A stretch of 64,000 nucleotides of DNA from an uncultured virus (IMG/VR IMGVR_UViG_3300048587_001176). Lineage: Duplodnaviria; Heunggongvirae; Uroviricota; Caudoviricetes. Both the position numbers and the translations under genes were made by a program. The stretch is from the IMG/VR virus record IMGVR_UViG_3300048587_001176, one strand, 5' to 3'. Below the pieces are notes generated by a model, which made no database searches, had not been told where the DNA came from, and was given only the letters and a program-made list of their open reading frames with translations. Of this stretch, positions 17,830-27,565 are shown piece by piece (position 1 is the first letter of the stretch; each line of letters opens with the position of its first letter).

Positions 17830-18111
17830 TCACGCCGCCTCTTTGATGGCCTCGAGCAGGCGCTTCATGCGCTGCAGCTCGTCGTCGTAGTCCTCCGACC
17901 AGGGCTTGATCCCCAGGCGCAGGGCCGACATCGCGAGGAGCTCGACCTCGTGGAGGTCGTCCCTATCGATCATCCGGTTCTTCACGGTGTTGTAGCTGTT
18001 GACGCTGAGGGCCTGGCCCGCGGCGGTCACCTGCTTGCCGTTGAAGCCCATCAGCTTCATCCATGCCTTGAAGCGGCTCATCGCGCTCTCCTCGGTGTTA
18101 TGGTCGGCCAT
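17830..18111 (-). CDS. small HTH-like protein
   Basis: FKAWMKLMGF..KQVTAAGQALSV...; last gene of the leftward region. Confidence 0.55.
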   Translation of the reverse strand: MADHNTEESAMSRFKAWMKLMGFNGKQVTAAGQALSVNSYNTVKNRMIDRDDLHEVELLAMSALRLGIKPWSEDYDDELQRMKRLLEAIKEAA

Positions 18112-18592
18112 CTTCGCCCCTCGGGAGTAGGGCCGCGCCGGCGATCGACTCGGCAAGGTCGACGTTCTCGGGCTTCTGGCAGAGGCCCACGATGATGCGG
18201 ACCATGTGCGGCACGTCATAGGTGCCGTCGAGCCAGCCCATCACCCGCTCGGACTGAACGATGAAGCCCAGCTCGGTCGGCGTCAGGTCGGCAGTGTCCA
18301 GCGCCTCCGACAACTCCTTGGCCGACATCTTCTGCACCCGCTCGAAGCGCATGCGGTGCTCAAGGCGAGCGTTCAGGGCGCCCTCGAGGGCCTGAAAGGC
18401 GGCGAGCTGCGCCGCGTCCTCGGTCTCGAACAGCGTCGGCCTGTCGGCAGGGCCTACCAGGGCGGGGACAAACCCGGGCGCCGAGAACTGCCCACGGAAC
18501 CCGGAGCCGTGGGGCAGGGCCTTGGCGAAGAATTTGGTCGAGGGTTTCAAATTAGCCGTCTTTTGGAAGTGAACGTTCACCTCATACTCCAT
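18098..18592 (-). CDS. protein with C-terminal XRE-like HTH
   Basis: MSAKELSEALDTADLTPTELG...VMGWLDG...VPHMVRII. Confidence 0.6.
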   Translation of the reverse strand: MEYEVNVHFQKTANLKPSTKFFAKALPHGSGFRGQFSAPGFVPALVGPADRPTLFETEDAAQLAAFQALEGALNARLEHRMRFERVQKMSAKELSEALDTADLTPTELGFIVQSERVMGWLDGTYDVPHMVRIIVGLCQKPENVDLAESIAGAALLPRGEDGRP

Positions 18593-19028
18593 TATTTGCC
18601 GCTTTGGCGAGCGAGGTGGTTACCTCAGTGGGGATAGATAGCTTGTTGGCGAGCTCCCAGAGCCTCTCGGGGGTCAGGGGGTCCGGCGCCGGCGTTCCCT
18701 TCTGCTGAGCCCAGTATGGCAGCCGGAGGACGTGCTCGACTTCGGTGCGCCGCTTGATGAAATCGTCGACCCAGTCGGGAAGGGGCGCAACGACATCGGG
18801 CACGTCCAGCTCGTCCGAGCTGATCGTGTAGCTGTCCATGTAGCCCACGGTGCTCGACAGCTTCTCCATTGCTTCCTCGGATCCGGGGAAGCCTCCCTTG
18901 CCCCTGCGCTCCCAGTCGATCCGCTGGAGGGCTTCGCGCGCGCCCTCGGCATCCTCTTTGGTGAGGTGGGCGCTGGAGAACAGCCCCTCGTCGGTGTCGG
19001 CGGCCAGGGTCCAGATAGTGATCTTCAT
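18582..19028 (-). CDS. hypothetical protein
   Basis: 148 aa, GGAGA RBS. Confidence 0.7.
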   Translation of the reverse strand: MKITIWTLAADTDEGLFSSAHLTKEDAEGAREALQRIDWERRGKGGFPGSEEAMEKLSSTVGYMDSYTISSDELDVPDVVAPLPDWVDDFIKRRTEVEHVLRLPYWAQQKGTPAPDPLTPERLWELANKLSIPTEVTTSLAKAANNGV

Positions 19029-19177
19029 GTCTATCTCCGAAGGTTCATGATTGAGGGGTTGAGATGCTGAGTGCCCGAGTTGGGCGGGTTTGGCGGGGCT
19101 GGAAGATCTAGCAGGTAGGGCAGCCGTTTAGCCCGCTAGACGTGCCAAGCCGCCGCGCTTTGAGAGAGGCCGGAAGT

Positions 19178-19199
19178 AAAAAAGGTGGTGGGCCACCAC
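19178..19199 (-). terminator. intrinsic terminator after mcrC
   Basis: Minus strand GTGGTG-gcc-CACCAC-C-TTTTTT. Confidence 0.6.
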
Positions 19200-19210
19200 T
19201 CAGGCCACGA

Positions 19211-20461
19211 CTAGTGGAAGAGCGCCGCGACCTTCTCGATCATCTTGTCGCTCGCGGCGTCCAGGTCGCCGCCGATGTCAAGCTGATAGTGGTAGAATTT
19301 GGCGCCTGTTAAGACGGCGCCCACGTACTCCAGGCCGCCGGCTTTGCCTGGCTGCGCCGGCGAGATCCAGACACCGACCTTGCTCCCCGATGCCAAGACG
19401 TGGCTAAGCACCTGGTACCGGTCGCTCTCCTCGATGCCCGGCTTGTATTTCACTTCGCCCAGGCCGATGACGACCTTGTTCTTCCGGAAGATCAGATCCG
19501 GCTTCGTTGGGAACCGCTTGTTGTCGAGGAATAGCTTGCCGTGGTGCTGGGGCTTGTTCCCGTCGAGCACGGCGATCTTCTGGTCAGCCAGGGCCGCGCG
19601 GAAAACGTTCCGGATGTAGCTCTCGAAGATGTCGTCGAGCGAAAACAGGAAGCTCGGCATCTCCGTGCCGTGGGCGTCATAGGCGAAGCCGATACGGCTG
19701 TAGCCCAGCAGCATCGAGTAGACCGTCAGCGCGCCGCGATACCCGTCCCTTAGCCACGCTGGGACCGTCCCTGCCGCGGCCTGCCCGCCGAACTGCATCC
19801 GCTGCGGGGTGACCATCCCAAGGGCGTTCATCGCCTCGCCGATCAGCTTGCGGTCCTCGTCCCACTGGTCGCCGCGCGGCATCACGTGAAGGAAGGCCAT
19901 GCAGGCCGACTTCAGCAAGGCGTTGGGGTAGATTCCGGCCGAGAACGTGAAGGAGTCCGCGGCGACGTTGAGCTGGTCGCCGCGCGCCAGGTAGCTCGAC
20001 ACGGTGCGCCCGAACTGCACCTTGGGCCGGTACAGGCCGCGGTGGTGCTCGAGGTAGTAGCCCCTGGCCACGCCGACGGTGAGGATCGATCGCAGGTAGT
20101 GGCAGAATCCCCGGGCCAGCATCTCGTGCGGCGGGATGGCGTTCGCCGCCTGGTAGGACCGCAGCACGGGGTAGATGCGATCGTAGTCGGTGTCGGCGAC
20201 CTCGAGCATGCGCCAGAGGTTGGCGATGGGGAACTTCGGCACCAGGTTGAGGACGATCTCGGGCGTCAGCGGAAGGTAGCCGATCAGGCCCTTCACCCTG
20301 AGCTCGATGCCCTCGAGCAGGTCGCGCATCTCGATCTTGTTGAGCTCGCGCGTCTCCGGCAGCAACAGCGAGTGGCCGTGCCGATCGAACAGCTCGTCCC
20401 GTTGGAAGAGCCGTGGGTCGCGCTCGCGCTGATCCAGGATGCGAACCGCGGCCTTGGCCAT
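19211..20461 (-). CDS. mcrC: McrC-family PD-(D/E)XK restriction endonuclease subunit
   Basis: GLIGYL..VLNLVPKFPIANLWRML, FESY, KPDL...GEVKYK...DRYQV; adjacent to McrB. Confidence 0.85.
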   Translation of the reverse strand: MAKAAVRILDQRERDPRLFQRDELFDRHGHSLLLPETRELNKIEMRDLLEGIELRVKGLIGYLPLTPEIVLNLVPKFPIANLWRMLEVADTDYDRIYPVLRSYQAANAIPPHEMLARGFCHYLRSILTVGVARGYYLEHHRGLYRPKVQFGRTVSSYLARGDQLNVAADSFTFSAGIYPNALLKSACMAFLHVMPRGDQWDEDRKLIGEAMNALGMVTPQRMQFGGQAAAGTVPAWLRDGYRGALTVYSMLLGYSRIGFAYDAHGTEMPSFLFSLDDIFESYIRNVFRAALADQKIAVLDGNKPQHHGKLFLDNKRFPTKPDLIFRKNKVVIGLGEVKYKPGIEESDRYQVLSHVLASGSKVGVWISPAQPGKAGGLEYVGAVLTGAKFYHYQLDIGGDLDAASDKMIEKVAALFH

Positions 20462-20464
20462 GGA

Positions 20465-22090
20465 TCAGGCCGCCGGCGCCGCTGCTTGCGGGGCCTCTTC
20501 CTCCGGGTCCTCGTTCGTCTTGAGAATGTTCTCGATCTCGTCGGACACCGCCTCGAACTTCTTGCGGTCGTGCAACAGGGCGCGGTGCAGGCCGAGGCGC
20601 ACGCGCCGCAGCCATACCGCCGCCAGATCGTCGACCGTCTTCACGCGCAGGAAGTTCGAATGGCCGAAGCCGTTCGGGAACGTCTCGTTGAGGATCTTGA
20701 AGACCTGCATAGTTCGATTGACCACGTTCTCCTCGACCTCAGCGGCCTCGAGGTGGCTCTGCAGGGTGGCCGCGTCGGGGTCGAGCTGAATGACCCAGAA
20801 GCGACGGAGCAGCGCGTCGTCCATGTCAGTCACGGAGCGATCGTATGGATTGGCCGTCGCGATCAGCACCAGGTTGTCGGGCAGCACGGCCTTCTTGCCA
20901 GAGAAGGGCAGCGTGAACTCGACGTTGCGGTAGTCCATCTCAAGGTACGTGAGCGCCTCGCCGAAAATGCGCGCCACGTCGCCGCGGTTGAGCTCGTCGA
21001 TGACGGCGACGAACTTCTTGTCCTTGTTCTCGGGCTTGGCTGCCTCGTTGGCAAAGCTCAGGAACAGACGCGAATCGAGGTCGTACTTGACGCCGGCGCC
21101 GCCGACTGCGGGCATGGGTCGAAAGCCCTCCATGAAGTCGTCGTACCCGATCGCCGGGTGGAACTGCAGGAACAGCACCCGATCCTTGTTGCCCTCGGTC
21201 ATCGCCAAGGCGATCTGCCTGGCGTAACGGGTCTTGCCGGTGCCCGGAGGACCTGCCAGCAGGAACGCGAGGCTCTCCTTCGCCTGCATGCCCTGGATGA
21301 CCGCGGCGTAGACAGGGTCGTCCTCGGACAGCAGGGGCTCGGCCTCGCCGCCAGCGACGCCACCCTCGGCCGGCTGCTCCTCGCCGTCCTCCTCCTCGCC
21401 GCCGCCATTGGCCATATAGGCCACCAGCTTGGGCGCCAACTCCAGTAGGAACTCCTCGTTCGTCGGGCGCTCATCGAGCGTCTCGGGCCATTCCACCGGC
21501 GGCTCGGTGAGCGAGAAGCGGCCGAGGTAGGGGGCGTTGAACTCCTCCAGGCCGAGCTGGCCGAGCAGGTAGGCGCGCAGGTCCTCCCAGCTGTCGATCT
21601 CGTCGGGGAAGCCCTCGAAGGCATAGAGCCAGACCAGGAAGTCCTCGAAGCGGAAGTCGTCCGGGATCTCGTCCTCGAACCGCGGCTGGAACTCGTCCGT
21701 GAGCCGGGTGATCGCCTTCTCGCCCTCGATGAGGCCCTGCAGTCGCATCTCGCGATAGCCGCGCGATGAGAACAGGTTACCCCACATCTTGGTGTCCTGC
21801 CGGATCATGTAGTCGCCCTCGAAGGGCGGCTTGGTCCATGCTGGAATGCCCTTGAGGCGGGGGCGCAGCAAGTTGTTGCCAGTGCCGGGATAGGGCTCGA
21901 TGCCGAGCCTGGCGCCGTTGAAATACCGGTCTAGGAAATGGTCAGTCCCGAGCCGCTGGGAGATGTCCACGAGCTCTTCGGTGCCGACATCGTTGGCAGC
22001 GAACACGAAGGCCGGAAGCAGCCAGTTCGCCTTGTACTCCTGCAGGCGCTCAATCGCCTCTTTGATAGTATCGATACTGAAATAGCGCAC
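20465..22090 (-). CDS. mcrB: McrB-family AAA+ GTPase with unrecognised N-terminal domain
   Basis: GPPGTGKT, QFHP..GYDDFMEG, IDELNRG, ATANPYD (NxxD), DDALLRRF. Confidence 0.9.
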   Translation of the reverse strand: MRYFSIDTIKEAIERLQEYKANWLLPAFVFAANDVGTEELVDISQRLGTDHFLDRYFNGARLGIEPYPGTGNNLLRPRLKGIPAWTKPPFEGDYMIRQDTKMWGNLFSSRGYREMRLQGLIEGEKAITRLTDEFQPRFEDEIPDDFRFEDFLVWLYAFEGFPDEIDSWEDLRAYLLGQLGLEEFNAPYLGRFSLTEPPVEWPETLDERPTNEEFLLELAPKLVAYMANGGGEEEDGEEQPAEGGVAGGEAEPLLSEDDPVYAAVIQGMQAKESLAFLLAGPPGTGKTRYARQIALAMTEGNKDRVLFLQFHPAIGYDDFMEGFRPMPAVGGAGVKYDLDSRLFLSFANEAAKPENKDKKFVAVIDELNRGDVARIFGEALTYLEMDYRNVEFTLPFSGKKAVLPDNLVLIATANPYDRSVTDMDDALLRRFWVIQLDPDAATLQSHLEAAEVEENVVNRTMQVFKILNETFPNGFGHSNFLRVKTVDDLAAVWLRRVRLGLHRALLHDRKKFEAVSDEIENILKTNEDPEEEAPQAAAPAA

Positions 22091-22093
22091 GCG

Positions 22094-23119
22094 TCACTCC
22101 GCGCTGGTTTTCGTCCCTGGCTTGCGGAAGTTGATCTTGTTCCCCGCCCATGAATTCCATAGCGGAGACGGCTTCAAAAGTCGCTTCTGAACTTCATCCC
22201 AGGTGGTCGGCTTGTGCCCGTCTGCTTGGAGGGTCGTCTCGATGTAATCGACGTAGTCCACGCCCATGTCGACGCCCACCACGTTCCGGTCATGCGCCAG
22301 GGCGGTGAAGATGGTCGTGCCGGATCCGACGAACGGGTCGAGTACGTGCCCGCCGACCGGCGACCCCACCTCGATGCAACGGCGGGCCAGCTCGGTCGGA
22401 AAGGCGGCGTTGTGGCCGGCATGCTTCGTCCGAAGGCTGCGCTCGATCGGGATGTTCCAGACGTCCTCCTCGACGAGCTTGGAGCGATCGAAGCTGTAGA
22501 ACCGGGTCTTGGAGAACATGAAGACGTGCTCATACTGCCGGTACGGGCGGTCGCGGGCGGTGGGCTCGACGAAGGCGTTGCCGCGGTTCCAGATGATGTC
22601 CGAGCGCAGCGTCCATCCCCGCTCCTGCATCGCGAAGGCGACCTTCCACGGCACGCCGATCATGGACTTCTTCGGGATGTCCCAGCCGCTCTGGTCGACG
22701 GGGCGCACCTTGGTGCGGGCGAAATTGCGGGACGAGGACCTAGGGTCGCTGCCGTGGGGCTGGCCGTTGCCGCTGTAGTAGGTGTCGCCGATGTTGAGGA
22801 AGAACACGCCCTCGGGGTGCAGCGTGCGCTTCACCTCGTCGAACACCTTCATCAGTGCGTCGATGTAGGCCTGGACGCTCTCTTCATGGCCCACCTGCCC
22901 ATCGTAGCCGTAGTCGCGAACCCAGTAGTACGGGGGTGACGTCACCGCCACGTTGAAGATCTCATCCGGCAACTGCCTTAGCATGGTGGAACTGTCACCG
23001 AGCATCACGCCAGCAATGTTGGTGTCTGCGGTGATCCAACTCGACCTGCCCATCGAGTTCCGTGAGGTAGTCGGGTTAGGAGTCATTCTCGGCGTGGTGT
23101 GGTCAGATCGGGCGGTCAT
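22094..23119 (-). CDS. beta-class amino-DNA methyltransferase (probably N4-cytosine)
   Basis: VTSPPYY precedes VLDPFVGSGTT; start MTARSD at 23119 after GGAG. Confidence 0.9.
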   Translation of the reverse strand: MTARSDHTTPRMTPNPTTSRNSMGRSSWITADTNIAGVMLGDSSTMLRQLPDEIFNVAVTSPPYYWVRDYGYDGQVGHEESVQAYIDALMKVFDEVKRTLHPEGVFFLNIGDTYYSGNGQPHGSDPRSSSRNFARTKVRPVDQSGWDIPKKSMIGVPWKVAFAMQERGWTLRSDIIWNRGNAFVEPTARDRPYRQYEHVFMFSKTRFYSFDRSKLVEEDVWNIPIERSLRTKHAGHNAAFPTELARRCIEVGSPVGGHVLDPFVGSGTTIFTALAHDRNVVGVDMGVDYVDYIETTLQADGHKPTTWDEVQKRLLKPSPLWNSWAGNKINFRKPGTKTSAE

Positions 23120-23291
23120 GTCGGTGCTCCAAGCACTTTGGTCTAAGGGAACGATAGTGAGTCGGGGGCGAGAAAACGACGGGGTGCGCTGCAACTGGCG
23201 GAGTTTTTCGGAGGACTGTTGCTGGTTTCAGGTTGCTCCGAAGCAGCCCGTCAGGCGGACACTCTTTGTGTCGGCGCGGTGACCGGATGCC

Positions 23292-23960
23292 TCAAAGCTC
23301 GGGATCCCTCCCATTGACAGGCTCGAGGTAACCCTCCGGGTGATAGTTCAACGGGTTGTTGTTGCTCACCCGCCAGTCGTAGAGCTGCACCGCGTTGTCC
23401 CACTCGTCGAGCTGGGCTTGGCGCAGGTCGAGCTTCACCCAGATGCTCTCGCCATCCACCTTGGTGACCGTGCCGAGCTCGCCCTCGACGACCTCGCCGG
23501 ACAGAGGGTAGTTGAACTCGAACGCCCGCTTGAAGCGCACCCGGGTGCCGACAGGGATCGTCGGCGTGCCGCGGATGTGGAGCAGGGCCTGGGTGAGGAT
23601 GTCGAGGGCGGCGTCGATCGCCACCTGCATCTCGGGAGCAGTGTCGCCGGGTAGGCCGCTGAGCACTGCCGCCGCTGCCCCGTCGAAGTGGCGCTGCACC
23701 ACGGCGCGGACGCCGTCAAAGGTGGCGATCAGCGGCTCCGGCGGCAGCGGGACAGCCGGCCCCTTGTAGGCCGCGTCCTCCCCCTCCCAGACGCCTGTGA
23801 TGCGGGTGTCATGCCCGTTCTCGTAGTCCTTCTTGGAGGTGGACCAGTCGTCATCGGCGAGAGCGAGCTCGCAGGCGTCCGCCACAGTGGCGGCTTCGTA
23901 GGTAACCTGCCGGTAGACGGGCAGGTCGTAGGTGGTTTCGATGGTAAACTGGGGCATCAC
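23292..23960 (-). CDS. hypothetical multi-domain protein
   Basis: FTIETTYDLPVYRQVTYEAAT N-terminus; SH3-like C-terminus. Confidence 0.7.
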   Translation of the reverse strand: MMPQFTIETTYDLPVYRQVTYEAATVADACELALADDDWSTSKKDYENGHDTRITGVWEGEDAAYKGPAVPLPPEPLIATFDGVRAVVQRHFDGAAAAVLSGLPGDTAPEMQVAIDAALDILTQALLHIRGTPTIPVGTRVRFKRAFEFNYPLSGEVVEGELGTVTKVDGESIWVKLDLRQAQLDEWDNAVQLYDWRVSNNNPLNYHPEGYLEPVNGRDPEL

Positions 23961-24376
23961 TCGCCCTCCTCTTCTGCGGCGTTCATGGTGTCGGCGAGCG
24001 AGTTGAGCTCGTCGATGCTCTCGATCGAATTGCTCAGGGAGCGAGACATGATGATCTCGCGGAGGGTGTCGTAGAGGACGTAGGTTTCCCCGTGGTCGGC
24101 CTGGTAGGGCTGCACCACATACCGCGGCTCAGGCTTCGGCTCCTCGGCGGCGGACAGGGCATCGTTGGGATCGGTGGCTGTCATCAGCTCCTGGATTTCG
24201 CAGGCGAAGGCCCAGGCCTTCTGGCTGCGGGGGTCGGGCTCGTCGTAGAACCGGTGGTCGTCGGCGACCTCGTAGCCGGTGCCGAGGAAGCGCAGGGCGA
24301 GTCGGGCCAGGACGTTGGTCTGCTCGACGATCTCCTCGTCAGTGCGGGGCACGCCGAGGATGAGGGGGAAGGTCAT
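23957..24376 (-). CDS. hypothetical acidic protein
   Basis: Start MTFPLI after GGAGA. Confidence 0.7.
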   Translation of the reverse strand: MTFPLILGVPRTDEEIVEQTNVLARLALRFLGTGYEVADDHRFYDEPDPRSQKAWAFACEIQELMTATDPNDALSAAEEPKPEPRYVVQPYQADHGETYVLYDTLREIIMSRSLSNSIESIDELNSLADTMNAAEEEGE

Positions 24377-24668
24377 GGGGTATGATCTCCATAGGTGCAT
24401 GGTTGCGGTTCACCTGGTCTGTCCGACCAGGCGCTGGTGACGAAAAAGGGCGGCCATAAGGGCCGCCCTGAACATTCGTGGCAGTAGGATGGATCGGCCG
24501 GAGGCCGGTGACCGAGGGGCTCGAAAGGCCGCGATAGCCAGTCCCGACCGGACCAATCGCCACTCCCGCTTGGGGCTCAGGCGATCGTAGAAGTAGTAGA
24601 TCATCACCCCGTTGTCGTTGTTGAGGCGGCTGTACCGGAAGGTCCGAGCCGAGATTGTGGCCATGCCT

Positions 24669-24989
24669 TCACTGCGTCGGATTGAGCTCGCCGCGATAGC
24701 AGCGAAGCTCCCAGGCGTTCCTGAAATCGAGGGTCTGCTTGGCTTGGTTTTCGGGCACCTCGAGCCGAGGCAGATCGTAGGCGGCAAAGATCATGGTGGC
24801 TTGCAGGTTGACCAGCCATTCGTCGTCGGTTTTGCGCGCCACCGCCATCTGGGATGAGAGCGGGGCGTTAGCCTGGCGCGCCTCCATGATTGACTGAGCA
24901 AGATCTCCGATAGTTACGCAGGCATCGGCGAGGGCAGGCACTGCGCTGGCAAGCAGCACGAAGGCGGCGAGAGCAAATGGCGTCTTCAT
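24669..24989 (-). CDS. secreted/periplasmic protein with signal peptide
   Basis: MKTPFALAAFVLLASAVPALADAC; two Cys. Confidence 0.7.
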   Translation of the reverse strand: MKTPFALAAFVLLASAVPALADACVTIGDLAQSIMEARQANAPLSSQMAVARKTDDEWLVNLQATMIFAAYDLPRLEVPENQAKQTLDFRNAWELRCYRGELNPTQ

Positions 24990-25222
24990 ACGGGGATCCT
25001 TTCGAGGGGGATGTAGCCGTCGCGAATGGCAGCGGCGATGGCGGCGCAGGTCTTTAGTCGTCCGCAGGGTGAGCGGCTAGCAGCTTTTCTGAGAACGATC
25101 CGGCCGCGATCGAGGTCGAGGTCGAAGCTGATGGGGGAACCGGTAAGGAACGGCCGGTAGGACAGGCGAAGGCCCTTGTCGGGCCAGAGCCCGCCGACGA
25201 CCTTGAAGTGCGAGGCCCTCAT
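24986..25222 (-). CDS. hypothetical protein
   Basis: 78-aa coupled ORF. Confidence 0.5.
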   Translation of the reverse strand: MRASHFKVVGGLWPDKGLRLSYRPFLTGSPISFDLDLDRGRIVLRKAASRSPCGRLKTCAAIAAAIRDGYIPLERIPV

Positions 25223-26766
25223 GACTTGGTCCGGAACTGGATGATGCAGGTGTTGACGTAGGTTCCGACCTCAGCAAAAGAGCCGGGCGGCAGGTCGTGC
25301 CACACGGCGTGGTGTGAGGCCATGAGTTCGCGGAAGGCGATGGCCTTGCGCGTCTCGCGGAACTCGGTGCCGGCCGACATAATGGAGGTCAGCTGGCCGC
25401 CGGGCTTCAGGAACTTCATGGCATGCACGACGTGGTCGATGTCTCGCTCGCGGTCGAACGGCGGGTTCATCACGATGACGTCGTAGAGGCCGGTCGTGTC
25501 CGGCGTCAGCTGCAGAAAGTCCAGAGCATAGACCCGGTTATAGATACCCTCCGCTTCGAGCTGCGCGGCCAGGTGAGGTTGAATTTCGACGCAGTCGACG
25601 AGATTGTCGAAACGGTAGTCTTTGGCGTGCCGCTCGCGGCCGCCCGACCACCCATCAAGCTCCTCGATTGTCCTGACGCATTGCCGGGCCAGGTTGCCCG
25701 TACCAGCGCTGGGCTCAAGGACACGAAGCTGCGGCTGGTCGGCGCGCCGCAGAACATGGATGCCCTTCAGGTTCCATCTACCGCTGAACATCTCGCTCAG
25801 CGCGTCCTTCGGGGTCGGATAGAAGCCGAAGTATTTCGCCGGCAGGTGCTTCACCTCGGCGAAGGGGTCGGCCTCGGTGGCGTTCGCATCGCCGATCACC
25901 TCGCCGTAGTAGTCGGCCAGGATCTTGTTCACCTGCTCCACCAGATCGGGGCGCGTGAACCATGGGTGCGCGTTGCCATTCTTGAAGATGCGGATCTTCA
26001 TGTAGGCCGACTCGATCTCGCTCTGCTTCGGGCTCCAGGTGTTCTGCCGGTCCCGATCGATGAGGTTCACAATGGTGCCGTAGCTGGGCAGGGCCATGCC
26101 TTCGAGGACGTAGAAGACCCGCTCGATGTCGAGCAGCTGATCCTGCTTGCCGCCCCACCTCAGCTTGCCGTGTTCGCGGTCGCAGACGTAGTCGACGATC
26201 ATTCGCGAGCCGATCTTGAAGCCATCGTGCGACCGGAAGCGGCGGTCCAGGCTCGAGAACACGTTGGCGATGCCGCGGCGGAAGATCATGTCGGCGTCCA
26301 ACATGAACTGCTGCAAGGTGGCCTGGACGTTCTCGACGGTGAGCTCGGGCAATCCGCGGCCAGCCTCCTCTTCGGTGATCAACTCGCCATCGCGGCCTAC
26401 CCGATCCGGGACGTACCGCATCTGGCTGCGCAGCTTGTCCTTGGCCTCCTTATCCATCAGCCGCTCGAGGTCTGTGCGCTGGATGATGTAGGCCCAGGCG
26501 TTGACGTCGATGAGCTTGCGAGCGGTGCGCAGATAGCGCTCCCGGTCCGGCAACTTCAGCGCGTTGTGGAACTCTTCCAGCTCGCGCTCCTGGTAGTAGT
26601 TGTAGCCGTTGGTGCCCGGGTGGGCGCGGCTCGCCATCTCGGCGGCTTCCTTCAGCGCCTCGTCGGCTTGAGCCATCACATCGAAGGCCTTGCCGTACAG
26701 GGTGATGGCAGCATTTCGGGCTGCGACGATCTGCTCGATCGTGGCGCGGGGCATAATCGCGTTCAT
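25219..26766 (-). CDS. DUF4942-domain amino-DNA methyltransferase
   Basis: FRSHDGFKIGSR, KIRIFKNGNAH; FYPTP, VLEPSAGTG, VMNPPF. Confidence 0.85.
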   Translation of the reverse strand: MNAIMPRATIEQIVAARNAAITLYGKAFDVMAQADEALKEAAEMASRAHPGTNGYNYYQERELEEFHNALKLPDRERYLRTARKLIDVNAWAYIIQRTDLERLMDKEAKDKLRSQMRYVPDRVGRDGELITEEEAGRGLPELTVENVQATLQQFMLDADMIFRRGIANVFSSLDRRFRSHDGFKIGSRMIVDYVCDREHGKLRWGGKQDQLLDIERVFYVLEGMALPSYGTIVNLIDRDRQNTWSPKQSEIESAYMKIRIFKNGNAHPWFTRPDLVEQVNKILADYYGEVIGDANATEADPFAEVKHLPAKYFGFYPTPKDALSEMFSGRWNLKGIHVLRRADQPQLRVLEPSAGTGNLARQCVRTIEELDGWSGGRERHAKDYRFDNLVDCVEIQPHLAAQLEAEGIYNRVYALDFLQLTPDTTGLYDVIVMNPPFDRERDIDHVVHAMKFLKPGGQLTSIMSAGTEFRETRKAIAFRELMASHHAVWHDLPPGSFAEVGTYVNTCIIQFRTKS

Positions 26767-26812
26767 GTGGTCTCTCTTGTGTCAGGGGTGACGGTTGTTC
26801 GGCCGGCGGCAG

Positions 26813-27199
26813 TCAGCCGCCGACGACCTTGATCCACGCCGGCATGCCGACGTTCTGGTACTTCTCGGTCCGGAGCACGGCGTAGGCGAAGTCCTGGGCG
26901 TGGCTGCCTTTGCAGAAGAACTTGTCCTGATAGGTCTCGCCGTCCCAGGTGGTGACCGTGCCGATCACGTTGCGGTCGATGCGGCCGTTGATGGACTGGC
27001 CGCGCTTGATCGAGACGATCTTGCCGTTGGTGAGGAGCTGGGCTTCCTGCTTGTCGATCGGCGAACCGACGACATAGGAGTACCAAGTGGCCCATGCGGA
27101 GTGCCGGGACTTCTCCTCCTCGCTGGCGACGAAGTAGACGGTGTGCGTCCGCTTCGGAATGGGCTTGCCGCAGTAGCGGCAGTAGGGTTGGCCTGCCAT
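26813..27199 (-). CDS. zinc-finger hypothetical protein
   Basis: CRYCGKPI...FFC...H. Confidence 0.65.
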   Translation of the reverse strand: MAGQPYCRYCGKPIPKRTHTVYFVASEEEKSRHSAWATWYSYVVGSPIDKQEAQLLTNGKIVSIKRGQSINGRIDRNVIGTVTTWDGETYQDKFFCKGSHAQDFAYAVLRTEKYQNVGMPAWIKVVGG

Positions 27200-27202
27200 C
27201 GC

Positions 27203-27565
27203 CTACACCCCGTGCAGCACAGCGTGTCGGCCTCGACGGACGGCCAGCTCGTCGTCGAGGCGCTGCTTGATGTCGGTCGGCACGCCTCCGCCGCCGTGTG
27301 TCCAGACCTGTTCCAGCGCCCAAGGCACCAGCTCCCAGTCGAACGGCGCCATCAGGTCGGTGTCGTCGTCGGACATGTCGTCCCAGAGCTTCTGGATCGG
27401 GTCGATCAGGGCCGGGACTTCGTCACGCATCGACGCGGTCCCGTGGTTCTCCCAGTGCCGATCGAGCTCGGGGAGGTCTTCGCGATGCTGCAGCATGGCT
27501 TCCCAGATCATGATCGCGACCTGGACCTCGTCGTAGGTGAACTTGCGCTGCTCCAAATCACTCAT
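27203..27565 (-). CDS. acidic hypothetical protein
   Basis: 120-aa ORF in the operon. Confidence 0.7.
   Translation of the reverse strand: MSDLEQRKFTYDEVQVAIMIWEAMLQHREDLPELDRHWENHGTASMRDEVPALIDPIQKLWDDMSDDDTDLMAPFDWELVPWALEQVWTHGGGGVPTDIKQRLDDELAVRRGRHAVLHGV

Noticed and set aside
24410..24664. Possible small CDS MATISARTF...
   Set aside because: Its 3' half runs through a long intergenic-type hairpin and the RBS is weak; not enough support
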